Below are positions 1 through 8,973 of a stretch of DNA of 64,000 nucleotides, one piece after another. The notes beneath the pieces are model-generated. The model saw only the letters and a program-made list of their open reading frames with translations. It searched no databases and was not told the DNA's origin. This DNA is from an uncultured delta proteobacterium (GTDB lineage Bacteria; Myxococcota_A; Polyangia; Polyangiales; Polyangiaceae), in the NCBI GenBank assembly GCA_963806225.1, contig CAWDXG010000001.1, positions 224,001-288,000 of the forward strand, read 5' to 3'. A program made the position numbers and the translations under genes. Position 1 is the first letter of the stretch. Every line of letters begins with the position of its first letter.

Positions 1-791
1 CCGAGGCGGCGGACGATCTCGAAGCCCGCCTGCAGGCCTTCTGCAAAGCGCTGTCGGGTGTGCTCGGCGTCGAAGTCGAGCCGCACGCCGCGGCGGACTA
101 TCCGTCGCTGCTCGACGCGATGAACTTGGGCCGCGTGGACGTGGCCTGGCTGCCGCCGGTGCTGGCGCTGCGCGCGGCCTCGGCCGGGCGCGCACTGCCG
201 ATCGCATTGCCGATGCGAGGCGGCGTTTCGTCGTTCCACAGCGCACTGTTCGCACGCGCCGGCACTCCGCTACGTCGCCCGGCGGATCTGCACGGCGTGC
301 GCGCCGCCTGGGTCGACCGCAACAGCGCGTCGGGCTATCTCGTGATCCGCGCGTCGCTGCGTGCGCAGGGCGTCGAGCCGACCGAGGCCTTCGCCACCGA
401 GTCGTTTCTCGGTTCGCACGAGCGCGTCGTCCAGGCTGTGCTGTCGGGCGAAGCGGACGTGGGCGCGACGTTCATGCACCACACCGAAGGCTCGGGCGTG
501 TGGCGCGCGGGCTGGGGCGAGGAGAACGTGCACGTGCTCGCGCGCGTCGGTCCCATCCCCGCCGATGTCGTCGCCGCCGGCATCCACATGCCCGTCGCGC
601 GCATCCGTCAGGTACAGAGCGCGCTGACCGAGGCGGGCAATCCGGAGCTGGCAGAAGCCGCGCGCGCCCTCCTCGAAGCCGACAGCTTCGTCAAGGCCGA
701 GTCCGCCCACCTCTCGCCGCTCGAGGCGCTGCTCGACTTCCTCGAGGACAACGCCTACCGCTTCGGCTCGCAGTTCCCCCCGCCGAACTGA
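1..791 (+). CDS. PhnD/SsuA-type phosphate/phosphonate ABC substrate-binding protein (5' end outside window)
   Basis: Frame is open from base 3. Motifs YPSLLDAMNLGRVDVAWLPP, AWVDRNSASGYL, FLGSHERVVQAVLSGEADVGA and GPIPAD are typical of the PhnD family. Confidence 0.75.
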   Translation, partial: EAADDLEARLQAFCKALSGVLGVEVEPHAAADYPSLLDAMNLGRVDVAWLPPVLALRAASAGRALPIALPMRGGVSSFHSALFARAGTPLRRPADLHGVRAAWVDRNSASGYLVIRASLRAQGVEPTEAFATESFLGSHERVVQAVLSGEADVGATFMHHTEGSGVWRAGWGEENVHVLARVGPIPADVVAAGIHMPVARIRQVQSALTEAGNPELAEAARALLEADSFVKAESAHLSPLEALLDFLEDNAYRFGSQFPPPN

Positions 792-795
792 GCGC

Positions 796-1272
796 TCAGG
801 ACGCCAGCTTGGCGTTGCCCGCGGAGAGCCCGAGCATGGGGGCGGCCTTGCCGAGGCGCATGCCCACGATCACGTTGGTGCCCACTGCTTCCTGGTCGAG
901 GCCGGCGGCCAGCGCCGTGAGCGAGTGGCGCGCGCGGCCGGGCGCGTGGTCGTCGAGCGTGAGTACGAGCTCTCCGCCGCCGGAGCGCTTGAGGTTGGCG
1001 AGCAGCCCGCGCGCCAGCACCGCGCGCGCCGCCGTGTCTTCCGGATCGGTGCGGCCGTTCGAGACCAGCACCATCGCGTCGAGTCGCCAGCCGCGCGACT
1101 CGAGGCGCGCCACGCGGTTGCCCACCTGCATGACAAGCGAGCCTGGCGCGCCCTGGTAGTGCTGCGCCACCACGGCCATGTCGCCGTTCTCGTTCGGCTC
1201 GAACCAGCCCGGCCAGCTCGCGCCGAACTCGATCACCACCAGCGTCGCGGTTCTCTGGGTCGCTCTGGGCAT
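796..1272 (-). CDS. Hypothetical protein, divergent from the WYL regulator
   Basis: 158-aa ORF with protein-like composition that fills the gap between neighbours; no family recognised. Confidence 0.65.
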   Translation of the reverse strand: MPRATQRTATLVVIEFGASWPGWFEPNENGDMAVVAQHYQGAPGSLVMQVGNRVARLESRGWRLDAMVLVSNGRTDPEDTAARAVLARGLLANLKRSGGGELVLTLDDHAPGRARHSLTALAAGLDQEAVGTNVIVGMRLGKAAPMLGLSAGNAKLAS

Positions 1273-1347
1273 GCCTCCGGGGATAGGGCGGGCCTTTTCG
1301 ACGGGCCAAGTAAGCGGGCCAGCAGGGCTTGGGGGTGCGTTGAAATT

Positions 1348-1370
1348 ACCAATAAATACCAGCTATTGGT
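1348..1370. promoter_or_regulatory. Inverted repeat ACCAATA-N9-TATTGGT, candidate operator
   Basis: Perfect 7-bp inverted repeat in an AT-rich patch between two divergent genes. Confidence 0.45.
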
Positions 1371-1412
1371 GCACATCCTGCCATGATCCTGACATCCGGC
1401 GTAGGATGGGGC

Positions 1413-2111
1413 GTGCGCCGCGCGGATCGCCTGTTCTCGATCATCCAGCTCCTGCGCAAGCGCAAGGTGCTGACGGCCGGCGCGCTCGCGGAAAAGCTGG
1501 AAGTGTCCGAGCGCACCATCTACCGCGACATCCGCGACCTGGTGCTGTCCGGTACTCCGATCGACGGCGAGCCGGGCGTGGGCTACGCGCTCCGCTCCGG
1601 CTACGACCTGCCGCCGCTGATGTTCGACGAGAGCGAGATCGAGGCGCTCGTGCTCGGCGCACGCATCGTCAAGAGCTACGCCGACGTCGAGCTCGCACGC
1701 GCGTCCGGGTCCGCGCTCTCGAAAGTGGAGAGCGTGCTGCCGAAGCACCTCGAGAAGAAGCTCGACGAGACGCGGCTGTACTCGCCCAATGCCACGGGCT
1801 TCGAGGTCTCCGATCGCCTGCTCCCGGTGCGGTTGGCGCTCGCCCAGCGCCGCAAGATCGAGCTCTTGTACCGGCGCCAGGACGGCGCGCAGAGCCGGCG
1901 CGTGGTGCGGCCGCTCGGCGCGTTCTTCTGGGGACCCACCTGGACGCTCACCGCGTGGTGCGAGCTCCGCGACGACTTCCGCACCTTCCGCGTGGACCGC
2001 ATGGAGGAGATCGAGCTGCTCGACGCGACCTTCGAACCGGAGCCGGGGCGTACGTTGGAGGACTACGCCGCGCGGCTCGGCGACGAGGGGCAGGCGCTGC
2101 TCGGCGACTAG
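1413..2111 (+). CDS. YafY-family HTH-WYL transcriptional regulator
   Basis: GTG start gives MRRADRLFSIIQLLR...LAEKLEVSERTIYRDIRDL (winged HTH), GEPGVGY, LPPLMF, and WTLTAWCELRDDFRTFRVDRM (WYL domain). Confidence 0.92.
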   Translation: MRRADRLFSIIQLLRKRKVLTAGALAEKLEVSERTIYRDIRDLVLSGTPIDGEPGVGYALRSGYDLPPLMFDESEIEALVLGARIVKSYADVELARASGSALSKVESVLPKHLEKKLDETRLYSPNATGFEVSDRLLPVRLALAQRRKIELLYRRQDGAQSRRVVRPLGAFFWGPTWTLTAWCELRDDFRTFRVDRMEEIELLDATFEPEPGRTLEDYAARLGDEGQALLGD

Positions 2112-2393
2112 AGCTTCAGGTGCACGACGGTCGCGCCCCAACCGCCGCGTGCGCTCGGCGCGTCGCGGAACGACTCGACCAGGGGGCTGTGCGACAGCAT
2201 CTGCTGCACGCGCGCCCGCTGCACGCCCTTGCCGCGCCCGTGGATGATGCGCACCTCGGAAAGACCCTTCTCGGCGGCGGCCTCCAGGTACGACTCGACG
2301 ACCGAGGGAATGTCGCGCGGCTGGAAGGTGTGCAGATCGATCGAGTCCTCGATCTCGAGCACCACGACGTCGTCGGGCTCGTCGCTCGGCCAT
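2108..2393 (-). CDS. Stand-alone Smr-domain protein (start ATG at 2393 needs a 1-nt indel; otherwise a downstream GTG start)
   Basis: IDLHTF...YLEAA...VRIIHGRGKGVQR...GGWGATVVHL is the Smr signature. Confidence 0.85.
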
Positions 2394-2399
2394 GAGCGA

Positions 2400-3291
2400 T
2401 CAGCCGGTCTTCGTCTTCTTCGAGCTGCTGCGCCGCGCCGCGGCCTTCTTCGGGTGGCTTCGGCTTGGCCGTCTGCTCGGCCTTGGCGGCGGCCTTTCTG
2501 GGCGGCTTCGGCGCTTCCTGGCCCTCCGCCAGGCTCTTCTTGAGCGCTTCGAACAGATCGATGATCTGCGCCTTCGGCTGCTCGGGCGCGATGGTGACCT
2601 CCTCGCCCGCGACCTTCTGGTCGACGGCGGTGTGCACGCGCTCGGCGTAGGCGTCGTGGTACTTCTCCGGCTCGAAGCTGTCCGCCGACAGCTGGTCGAT
2701 CAGCTTCTCGGCCAGGTCGCGCTCTACGTCCTTGAACTCGAAGGTCGCGCCGGTCGGCACCTCGTCGAAGTCGCGCACCTCGTTCGCGTAGTAGAGCTGG
2801 TGCAGGATCAGGCCGTCCTTGCCGTAGGGACGGATCAGCACCAGCTGCTCCTTGCCGCGTCCCGCCCAGCGCCCGACGGCGACCTTCTCCTTCTTCTGCA
2901 TGGACTCGCCGAGCAGCCGGTAGGCCCGGTCGCCGCCCTTGTCCGGGCCGAGGTAGTAGGTCTTTTCCACCTGCACGAAGTCCACGCTGGCGAGCGGGAC
3001 GAACTCCATGATCTCGATGCTGCCGGTGCGCTCGACCTCGAGCTCCTTGAGCTCCTCGTCGCTGAACACCACGTACTGCCCGCGGGCGTACTCGTAGCCC
3101 TTGACGGTGTCGGCGCGCTCGACGATCTCGTCGTCGGTGGGGCAGTAGAACTGTTGCTTCAGCCGCCCTTTGCACTTGTCATGGAGCATGTTGAAACGGA
3201 CCTGCTCCGACGAGGCGGCGGTGTAGAACTTGACGGGGATCGAGACGAGCCCGAACGAGAGGGTTCCCGAGGAGGTGGCGCGCGCGGGCAT
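2400..3291 (-). CDS. ku: NHEJ end-binding protein Ku (apparent 1-nt indel near 2452)
   Basis: SGTLSFGLVSIPVK, FNMLH, VKGYEY, YYLGP, QLYYANEVR, IIDLFEALKKSL. Shifting frame near 2452 gives a basic tail KKAAARRSSSKKTKTG and a TGA at 2402-2400. Confidence 0.92.
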
Positions 3292-3301
3292 ACGCGTATG
3301 C
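3288..3301. promoter_or_regulatory. 14-bp perfect palindrome GCATACGCGTATGC between divergent ku and ligD
   Basis: Read directly. It overlaps the ku start codon and back-to-back -10-like hexamers (TAGCAT on minus, TATGCT on plus). Confidence 0.5.
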
Positions 3302-3319
3302 TAGCCACTGGGGGTCAGG

Positions 3320-5903
3320 TTGCCGAAGAGAACGACGAAAAAGCCCTCCCGCGAAGCCGGAGCGGCTTCGCGACTACCGCGACAAGCGTGACCCGGCGCG
3401 CACGAACGAGCCGTTCGCTGCTGAACAGAGTCGCAGCGCTGGTCCGACGCGCAGCGGTCGCTTCGTCGTCCACCTGCATGCGGCCAGTCGCACCCACTAC
3501 GACCTGCGCCTGCAGATCGCTGGAGCGCTGGAGAGCTTCGCCGTGCCGAAGGGGCCGAGTCTCGATCCCGAGCAGAAGCACCTGGCGGTGCGCACCGAAG
3601 TGCACCCGCTCGAGTACGTCGACTTCGAGGACGTGATCCCCGACGGCAACTACGGCGCGGGGCCGATGATCGTGTGGGACCAGGGCACGGTCCGCTATCT
3701 CGACGCGCCGGCGGAAGAACAGATCAAGAAAGGCAAGCTCGACTTCGAGCTGGCCGGTCACAAGCTGCGCGGGCGCTTCGCGCTGGTCGAGACGGGGCGG
3801 CGCGAAAAGCCACCCGAGCCGAACTGGCTGCTCCTGAAGAAGCAGGACGCCTTCGCCACGCCCGGCCGCAGCATCATCGAGGAGGAGCCGCACAGCGTGC
3901 TGAGCGGGCTCACGGTGGACGAGCTGCCCGAGCGCGAGCGCGTGGCTCGCAAGCTCGAACAGGCTGCCGCCGAGCTGGGCGCGCCGGAGGGCGAGGTGGA
4001 CGCCGCGGCGCTGACGCCCATGCTGTGCGCGGACTCCGGCGCGGAGCTGGACGACGCCTCGCGCCTCTACGAGCTGAAGCTGGATGGCGCGCGCATCGTG
4101 GCGGAACGCCGCGGGCAGCAGGTGATCCTGCGCTACCGCAACGGCGGGATCGCCACCGGGAGCTATCCGGAAATCGCCCGGGCGCTCGGCGCGCTCGCGG
4201 AGACGCGCCTGGTGGTCGACGGCGAGATCGTCGCTTTCGACGACGTGGGGCGGCCCAGCCTTGAGCGGCTGCTCCCGCGTATCCAGGCGCGCCGGCCGCT
4301 CGACGTGCGGCGCGTGGTGGCGCAGGTGCCCGTCGTGTACGTCGTGTTCGACGTGCTCCAGATAGGCGATCGCGATCTGACCGGTCTGCCGCTCTCCGAT
4401 CGCAAGTCGCTACTCTCGCGGCTGGTCGTCGGCCGCGGGCTCTTGCGCGCGCTCGACCACATCGAGCGCGACGGCCAGGCGCTGTTCGACTTCTGTCGCG
4501 AGCGCGACCTCGAAGGCGTGGTCGCCAAGCGTGCAGGCTCGCGCTACCGGCCCGGCCCGGTGCGCAGCGGTGACTGGGTCAAGATCAAATGCCAGCGCGA
4601 CGACGAGCTCGTGGTGGTGGGGTGGGTGACCGGGAAGGGGTCGCGCCGGCAACTCGGCGCGCTCGAGCTCGCCAGCTTCACGGGCGATCGGCTGGTCTAC
4701 CGCGGCAAGGTCGGCAGCGGGCTCGACCAGTCGAGCCTCGATCTGCTCGAAAAGAGGCTCGGCGAGCTGGAGATCGATTCGTCGGCCGTCGAGGGCGAGC
4801 TGCCCCGCGAGAGCGGAACACGTCACTTCGTCAGGCCGGAGCTGGTCGCGAACGTGCGCTACCTCGGCTTCACGGAAGAGGGGCGGCTGCGCGAGCCCGT
4901 GTTCCGCGGCGTGCGTGACGACGTCGCCCCCGCCCAGTGCACCGTGGCGCCGGCGGACGAGCTGGTCGAGCGCGCGGAGGTCGAGCCCGCGGAGCAGGCG
5001 TCCGCTCTGGAAGGTCGCGTCCGCATCACCCACCGCGACAAGGTGTTCTGGCCTGCCGACGGCTACACGAAAGGCGACCTGTGCGACTACTACGCCGCCG
5101 TGGCGCCGGTGCTGCTGCCGTTCTTGAAGGGCCGACCTGTCGTGCTGGTGCGCTATCCGGACGGCATCGAGGGCAAGAGCTTTTTCCAGTGGAACGCCCC
5201 GCCCGGCACGCCATCGTTCGTCCGCACACTCGAGCTCCGCGACGAGGAAGACCCGGAGCGCCACGACAAGTGCGTGTTCCTCGTCGACGATGTCGATTCG
5301 CTGCTCCACATCGCGAACCTCGGCTGCATTCCCATCCACGTGCTGGCGAGCCGCGAGCGGGACCTGGGCCAGTGCGATTTCCTGACCATCGACCTGGATA
5401 TCGGCGAGCAGCCGTTCCGCGACGCGGTGGTACTGGCGCTGTCACTGCGCGAGCTGCTCGATGACATCGGCCTGCCCGGCTATCCGAAGACGTCCGGGCA
5501 GAGCGGGCTGCACGTCCTTTTGCCGCTCGGGCCGGGAGTGAAGTTCGAGGTCGCGAAGATCCTGGTCGAGCTGGTCGGCCGCTGCCTGCAGCTCCGCCAC
5601 CCGGAGATCTCGACAATGGAGCGGCGGGTTTCGGAGCGCGGTGCGCGCGTCTACATCGACACGGGCCAGACGGGGCGCTCGCGCACCATCGTGGCGCCGT
5701 ACTCCGTGCGCGCACGGGCCGGCGCCACGGTCTCGACGCCGCTCCGCTGGGACGAGGTGCACCTCGCGCTCGACCCGGCGCGCTTCTCCATGTTCAACGT
5801 GCTGGCGCGCCTCGACGAGATGGGCGATCCGCTCGCCGGGTTGCTCGACGAGCGCCCCGACGTGGTCGAAGCCGTGTCGCGCCTGGAAGCGCTCATGCGC
5901 TGA
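3320..5903 (+). CDS. ligD: DNA ligase D (phosphoesterase-ligase-polymerase); probable TTG start at 3320 with an indel near 3350
   Basis: Frame upstream of 3543 reads RLRDYRDKRDPARTNEP...FVVHLHAASRTHYDLRLQ...SFAVPKGPSLDP (PE domain). ELKLDGAR, DGEIV, EGVVAK and WVKIK mark the ligase; TKGDL...RYPDG...KTSGQSGLHV...VAPYSVRA mark the polymerase domain. Confidence 0.95.
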
Positions 5904-5906
5904 GCG

Positions 5907-6188
5907 CTACAGCAGGCAGCGCTCGAGCGTGTCGGCGTCGGGCGCTTTCATCGCGCACTGCCACTGGCTTTGCGACACGTGGGCCGCGCACTTCGAAAAC
6001 GCCGGGTCGCGCGCTGCCTCGGCGCGCGCCTGCACCTGCAGCCGGAGCAGCTCCGCCGCGCCGGCGTCGGGGCGGTCGCTCTTCGCCAGGAGGTCGACGT
6101 AGTGATCGAGCAGCTCCGAGCACTGTGCGTGGCTCGGCGGCTTGCCGCACCCGGCGAGCAAGAGCGGCGACGCGAGCGCGAGCGCCAC
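5907..6188 (-). CDS. Small Cys-patterned lipoprotein
   Basis: GTG start, lipobox LLAGC, four further Cys (QC, KC, QCAMKA, RC). Confidence 0.6.
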   Translation of the reverse strand: MALALASPLLLAGCGKPPSHAQCSELLDHYVDLLAKSDRPDAGAAELLRLQVQARAEAARDPAFSKCAAHVSQSQWQCAMKAPDADTLERCLL

Positions 6189-6190
6189 CG

Positions 6191-6487
6191 CTAGTCGAAG
6201 CACTTGTCCACGATCTCCTTCGAGGTCTTGGCGTTCTTCACGCACTTCATGGCGCTCTCGGTAATGCGCTTGCCGACGCAGTCCTTCATCGTGGTCTTCT
6301 TCAGCGCCTTCTTGGTGCTCTCCGTCTCGCGCTCGACCGCCTTGGGGTTGTGCGGATACTGCTTTTCGAGCTCCAGCCGGGCGATGCGGGTCACGATTTC
6401 CTCGCACTCGGCCACGCTGGCCGGGTGCCCGCAGCCGGACACCGACAACAGCACCACGGCGACCAGGGCCCAGGAAAACGGTCGCAT
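6191..6487 (-). CDS. Small Cys-patterned lipoprotein, similar to the downstream neighbour
   Basis: MRPFSWALVAVVLLSVSGC lipobox; EC, DC, KCVKNA, KC pattern parallels 5907-6188. Confidence 0.7.
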   Translation of the reverse strand: MRPFSWALVAVVLLSVSGCGHPASVAECEEIVTRIARLELEKQYPHNPKAVERETESTKKALKKTTMKDCVGKRITESAMKCVKNAKTSKEIVDKCFD

Positions 6488-6622
6488 CGCTGCCGCGGAG
6501 CATTGTGGGATGTGGCGGCGATCGCAATGCCGTTTCGGCACCCGGGGGCGCTTCGCCCCGCCCGAACTACGGGGAAAGCCGAAATCTGGACGTACGTACA
6601 GGTGCTGCTACCCTTTCAAGGG

Positions 6623-7381
6623 ATGTCCCGAACGCGCGGCAGCGCGGCGGAACCGGCCACGCCGGAGATCCTGCTCAGAAAAGCCACGCTGGCGCGATCT
6701 GCCGGCCTCAGGGCCAAGTACGCCCGGCGGGGTCTCGAGCAGCGCGGCAAGCTCGACCGCACGACCCGCGCCATGCTGCTCCGCCAGTTGTATCTGTCGC
6801 ACATGGAGGGCCGTCGTTTCGAAGACGCGCTCCAGGTGGCCGACGAAATCGTGACCCTGGACGTGATGCCCGATGTGGCGCGCCAGGACGCCGCGCGCGC
6901 CTGCCTCGGGCTCGGCGATCGCGAGCGCGCCATCGAACACCTCAGGCTGGCGAGCCGCGCCGGGCCCGCGTCGCGCCGGGCCTTCCACCTGTGGACCCTC
7001 GGCAGCGTGCAGTATCTCGCGGGGCGGCCGCGCGAGGCGATCGGGGCGCTGTCCCGTGCGTCGCGCTGGGGCACGACCGACCGACCACTCTACCAGGCCC
7101 AGCTCGCGCTCGCGCGCATCGCCTGCGGCGATCCCGGCGGCGATCTGGGCACGCTCAGGGAGCGGCTTGCCGAGGCACCCTGCGGACAGGGATACGGGCA
7201 GTTCGTGCTCGGCGAGCTGGCGTATCACGACGGCGACTTCCGGGCGGCGCGCGAGTATCTGCGAGCGTTCGTGAAGCGTTCGACGAGCGGTAGGGTCGCG
7301 CTGGCGGTCGCGTTGGAAGCGGAAATATCCCGTGCGCGCGAGCTGTTGTCACACCTGGGCCGCCAGCGCTCGAAGTCCTAG
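6623..7381 (+). CDS. Tetratricopeptide-repeat-like helical protein
   Basis: ATG at 6623; repeated TPR-like helices (GRRFEDALQVA, LGDRERAIEHL, AGRPREAIGAL, GDFRAAREYL). Confidence 0.65.
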   Translation: MSRTRGSAAEPATPEILLRKATLARSAGLRAKYARRGLEQRGKLDRTTRAMLLRQLYLSHMEGRRFEDALQVADEIVTLDVMPDVARQDAARACLGLGDRERAIEHLRLASRAGPASRRAFHLWTLGSVQYLAGRPREAIGALSRASRWGTTDRPLYQAQLALARIACGDPGGDLGTLRERLAEAPCGQGYGQFVLGELAYHDGDFRAAREYLRAFVKRSTSGRVALAVALEAEISRARELLSHLGRQRSKS

Positions 7382-7383
7382 CA

Positions 7384-7405
7384 GGCGCTGCAATACAGCA
7401 GCGCC
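7384..7405 (+). terminator. Stem-loop GGCGCTGC-AATACA-GCAGCGCC after the TPR gene
   Basis: Perfect 8-bp stem just after the stop codon; no clear U-tract. Confidence 0.35.
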
Positions 7406-7575
7406 CAATCATTACGTGCAGACTGCACGACTCCTGCACTTTCGGGTCGACGCGCAGGTACCTAGATTGTAACCGGAAGCTACCGGGCACCGAATATGAC
7501 AATAGACTTCCACGTGCGGTTTTGAAGGTGACGGGCGCGCAGGTGGATCCAGATGTCATGATAGGCACGCAGACG

Positions 7576-8922
7576 ATGAAGACCTCCTCTCCTTTCTCCA
7601 ACCGTGCGGGCAACGCCGCCGCGCGGCGCCTCCTGTCCTTTTCACTTCTGCTGGGGCTCTTGTCGCTGGCGAGCAGCGCGTTCGCCCAGTCGGCAGAGCC
7701 CGACGCATTCACGCGAGCGCTCTCCAAGGGCCCGCTGTACGCAGGGCTCGCGGCGCTGGCGGGTGGGCTCCTGGTCAGCCTCACGCCCTGCGTCTATCCG
7801 ATGGTCGCCGTCACGGTGAGCGTGTTCGGAGCCAAGCAGGTGAAGAGCCGCCGCCATGGCGCGTTCCTCTCGGCGTTTTTCGTGCTCGGCATCGTCGCGA
7901 TGTTCGTGCCGCTCGGCGTGGTCGCCGGACTGACCGGCAGCATGTTTGGCTCCGTCCTGCAGAACCGCTGGGTCATCACGGCCATCAGCCTGCTGTTCCT
8001 GGTCATGGCGGCGAGCATGTTCGGCGCGTTCGAGTTCGCGCTCCCGTCGTCGCTCACCAACAAGCTGGCGACGGTCGGCGGCATCGGGTTCAAGGGTGCG
8101 TTCGTGCTGGGCCTCGCCTGCGGACTCATCGCGTCGCCCTGCACGGGTCCGGTGCTGACCGGCATCCTGGCGTGGATCGCCAAGACGCAGAGCGCCGTTC
8201 TCGGAGGCGCTGCGATGGGCGCTTTCGCGCTGGGGCTCGGCATGCCGTTCTTCCTGGTCGGCGCATTCGCGGTGCAGCTTCCGAAGAGCGGGCGCTGGAT
8301 GGTGCACGTCAAGTCGCTGCTCGGGATCGTTCTGGTGATCGTCGCGCTGTACTTCCTGAACACGGCGTTCCCGATGCTCGGCCACTACGCGAGCCCGGCG
8401 CCGAAGTTCCTCGGCATCACGGCGGCCATCATCGTCCTGGGTCTGCTGCTCGGTGCCGTGCATCGCTCCTTCGACGAGCCGGGCAAGGGCGTGAAGCTGG
8501 CCAAGGGGACTGGCATTGCGCTCACGAGCGTGGCCGGGTTCCTGCTGGTGGTCGGCGCAACCAAGCCGGCCCGCACGCTGTCGTGGGAGAAGACCGACCT
8601 TGCGCACGCGCGGGCGAAGGCACGCGCGGAACATCGGCCTCTACTCGTCGATTTTGGCGCTTCCTGGTGCGGCGCCTGCAAGGAGCTGTCGAAGAAGACC
8701 TTCTCGCATCCGGATGTGGAGCGCGAGGCGGGGCGCTTCGTTGCCGTGCAGGTGGACGCGACCAACGCCGACGATCCGAAGGTCGAGGCGACGATGACGA
8801 AGTACAAGGTGCGCGGCCTGCCGACGGTTCTGGTCTTCGACTCCAGCGGCAAGGAAGCCATCCGCTACAACGACTTCGTCACGCCGGCGCGCTTCCTGAA
8901 GGCGATCAAGCAGGTGAACTGA
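7576..8922 (+). CDS. DsbD/CcdA-family protein-disulfide reductase with C-terminal thioredoxin domain
   Basis: SLTPCVYPM and IASPCTGP transmembrane Cys pair, LPKSGRWM, then VDFGASWCGACK and GLPT. Confidence 0.9.
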   Translation: MKTSSPFSNRAGNAAARRLLSFSLLLGLLSLASSAFAQSAEPDAFTRALSKGPLYAGLAALAGGLLVSLTPCVYPMVAVTVSVFGAKQVKSRRHGAFLSAFFVLGIVAMFVPLGVVAGLTGSMFGSVLQNRWVITAISLLFLVMAASMFGAFEFALPSSLTNKLATVGGIGFKGAFVLGLACGLIASPCTGPVLTGILAWIAKTQSAVLGGAAMGAFALGLGMPFFLVGAFAVQLPKSGRWMVHVKSLLGIVLVIVALYFLNTAFPMLGHYASPAPKFLGITAAIIVLGLLLGAVHRSFDEPGKGVKLAKGTGIALTSVAGFLLVVGATKPARTLSWEKTDLAHARAKARAEHRPLLVDFGASWCGACKELSKKTFSHPDVEREAGRFVAVQVDATNADDPKVEATMTKYKVRGLPTVLVFDSSGKEAIRYNDFVTPARFLKAIKQVN

Positions 8923-8973
8923 ACCGCAGAGCCGTAGCTGTGCGGTCCAGTCCGGGCGGCCCGGTTCCGGCGT

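Noticed and set aside
2116..3291. Apparent 391-aa Ku with a long extension, or a Ku-Smr fusion
   Set aside because: One indel near 2452 restores a typical basic tail and a stop at 2402-2400; Smr is in a different frame with its own ATG.
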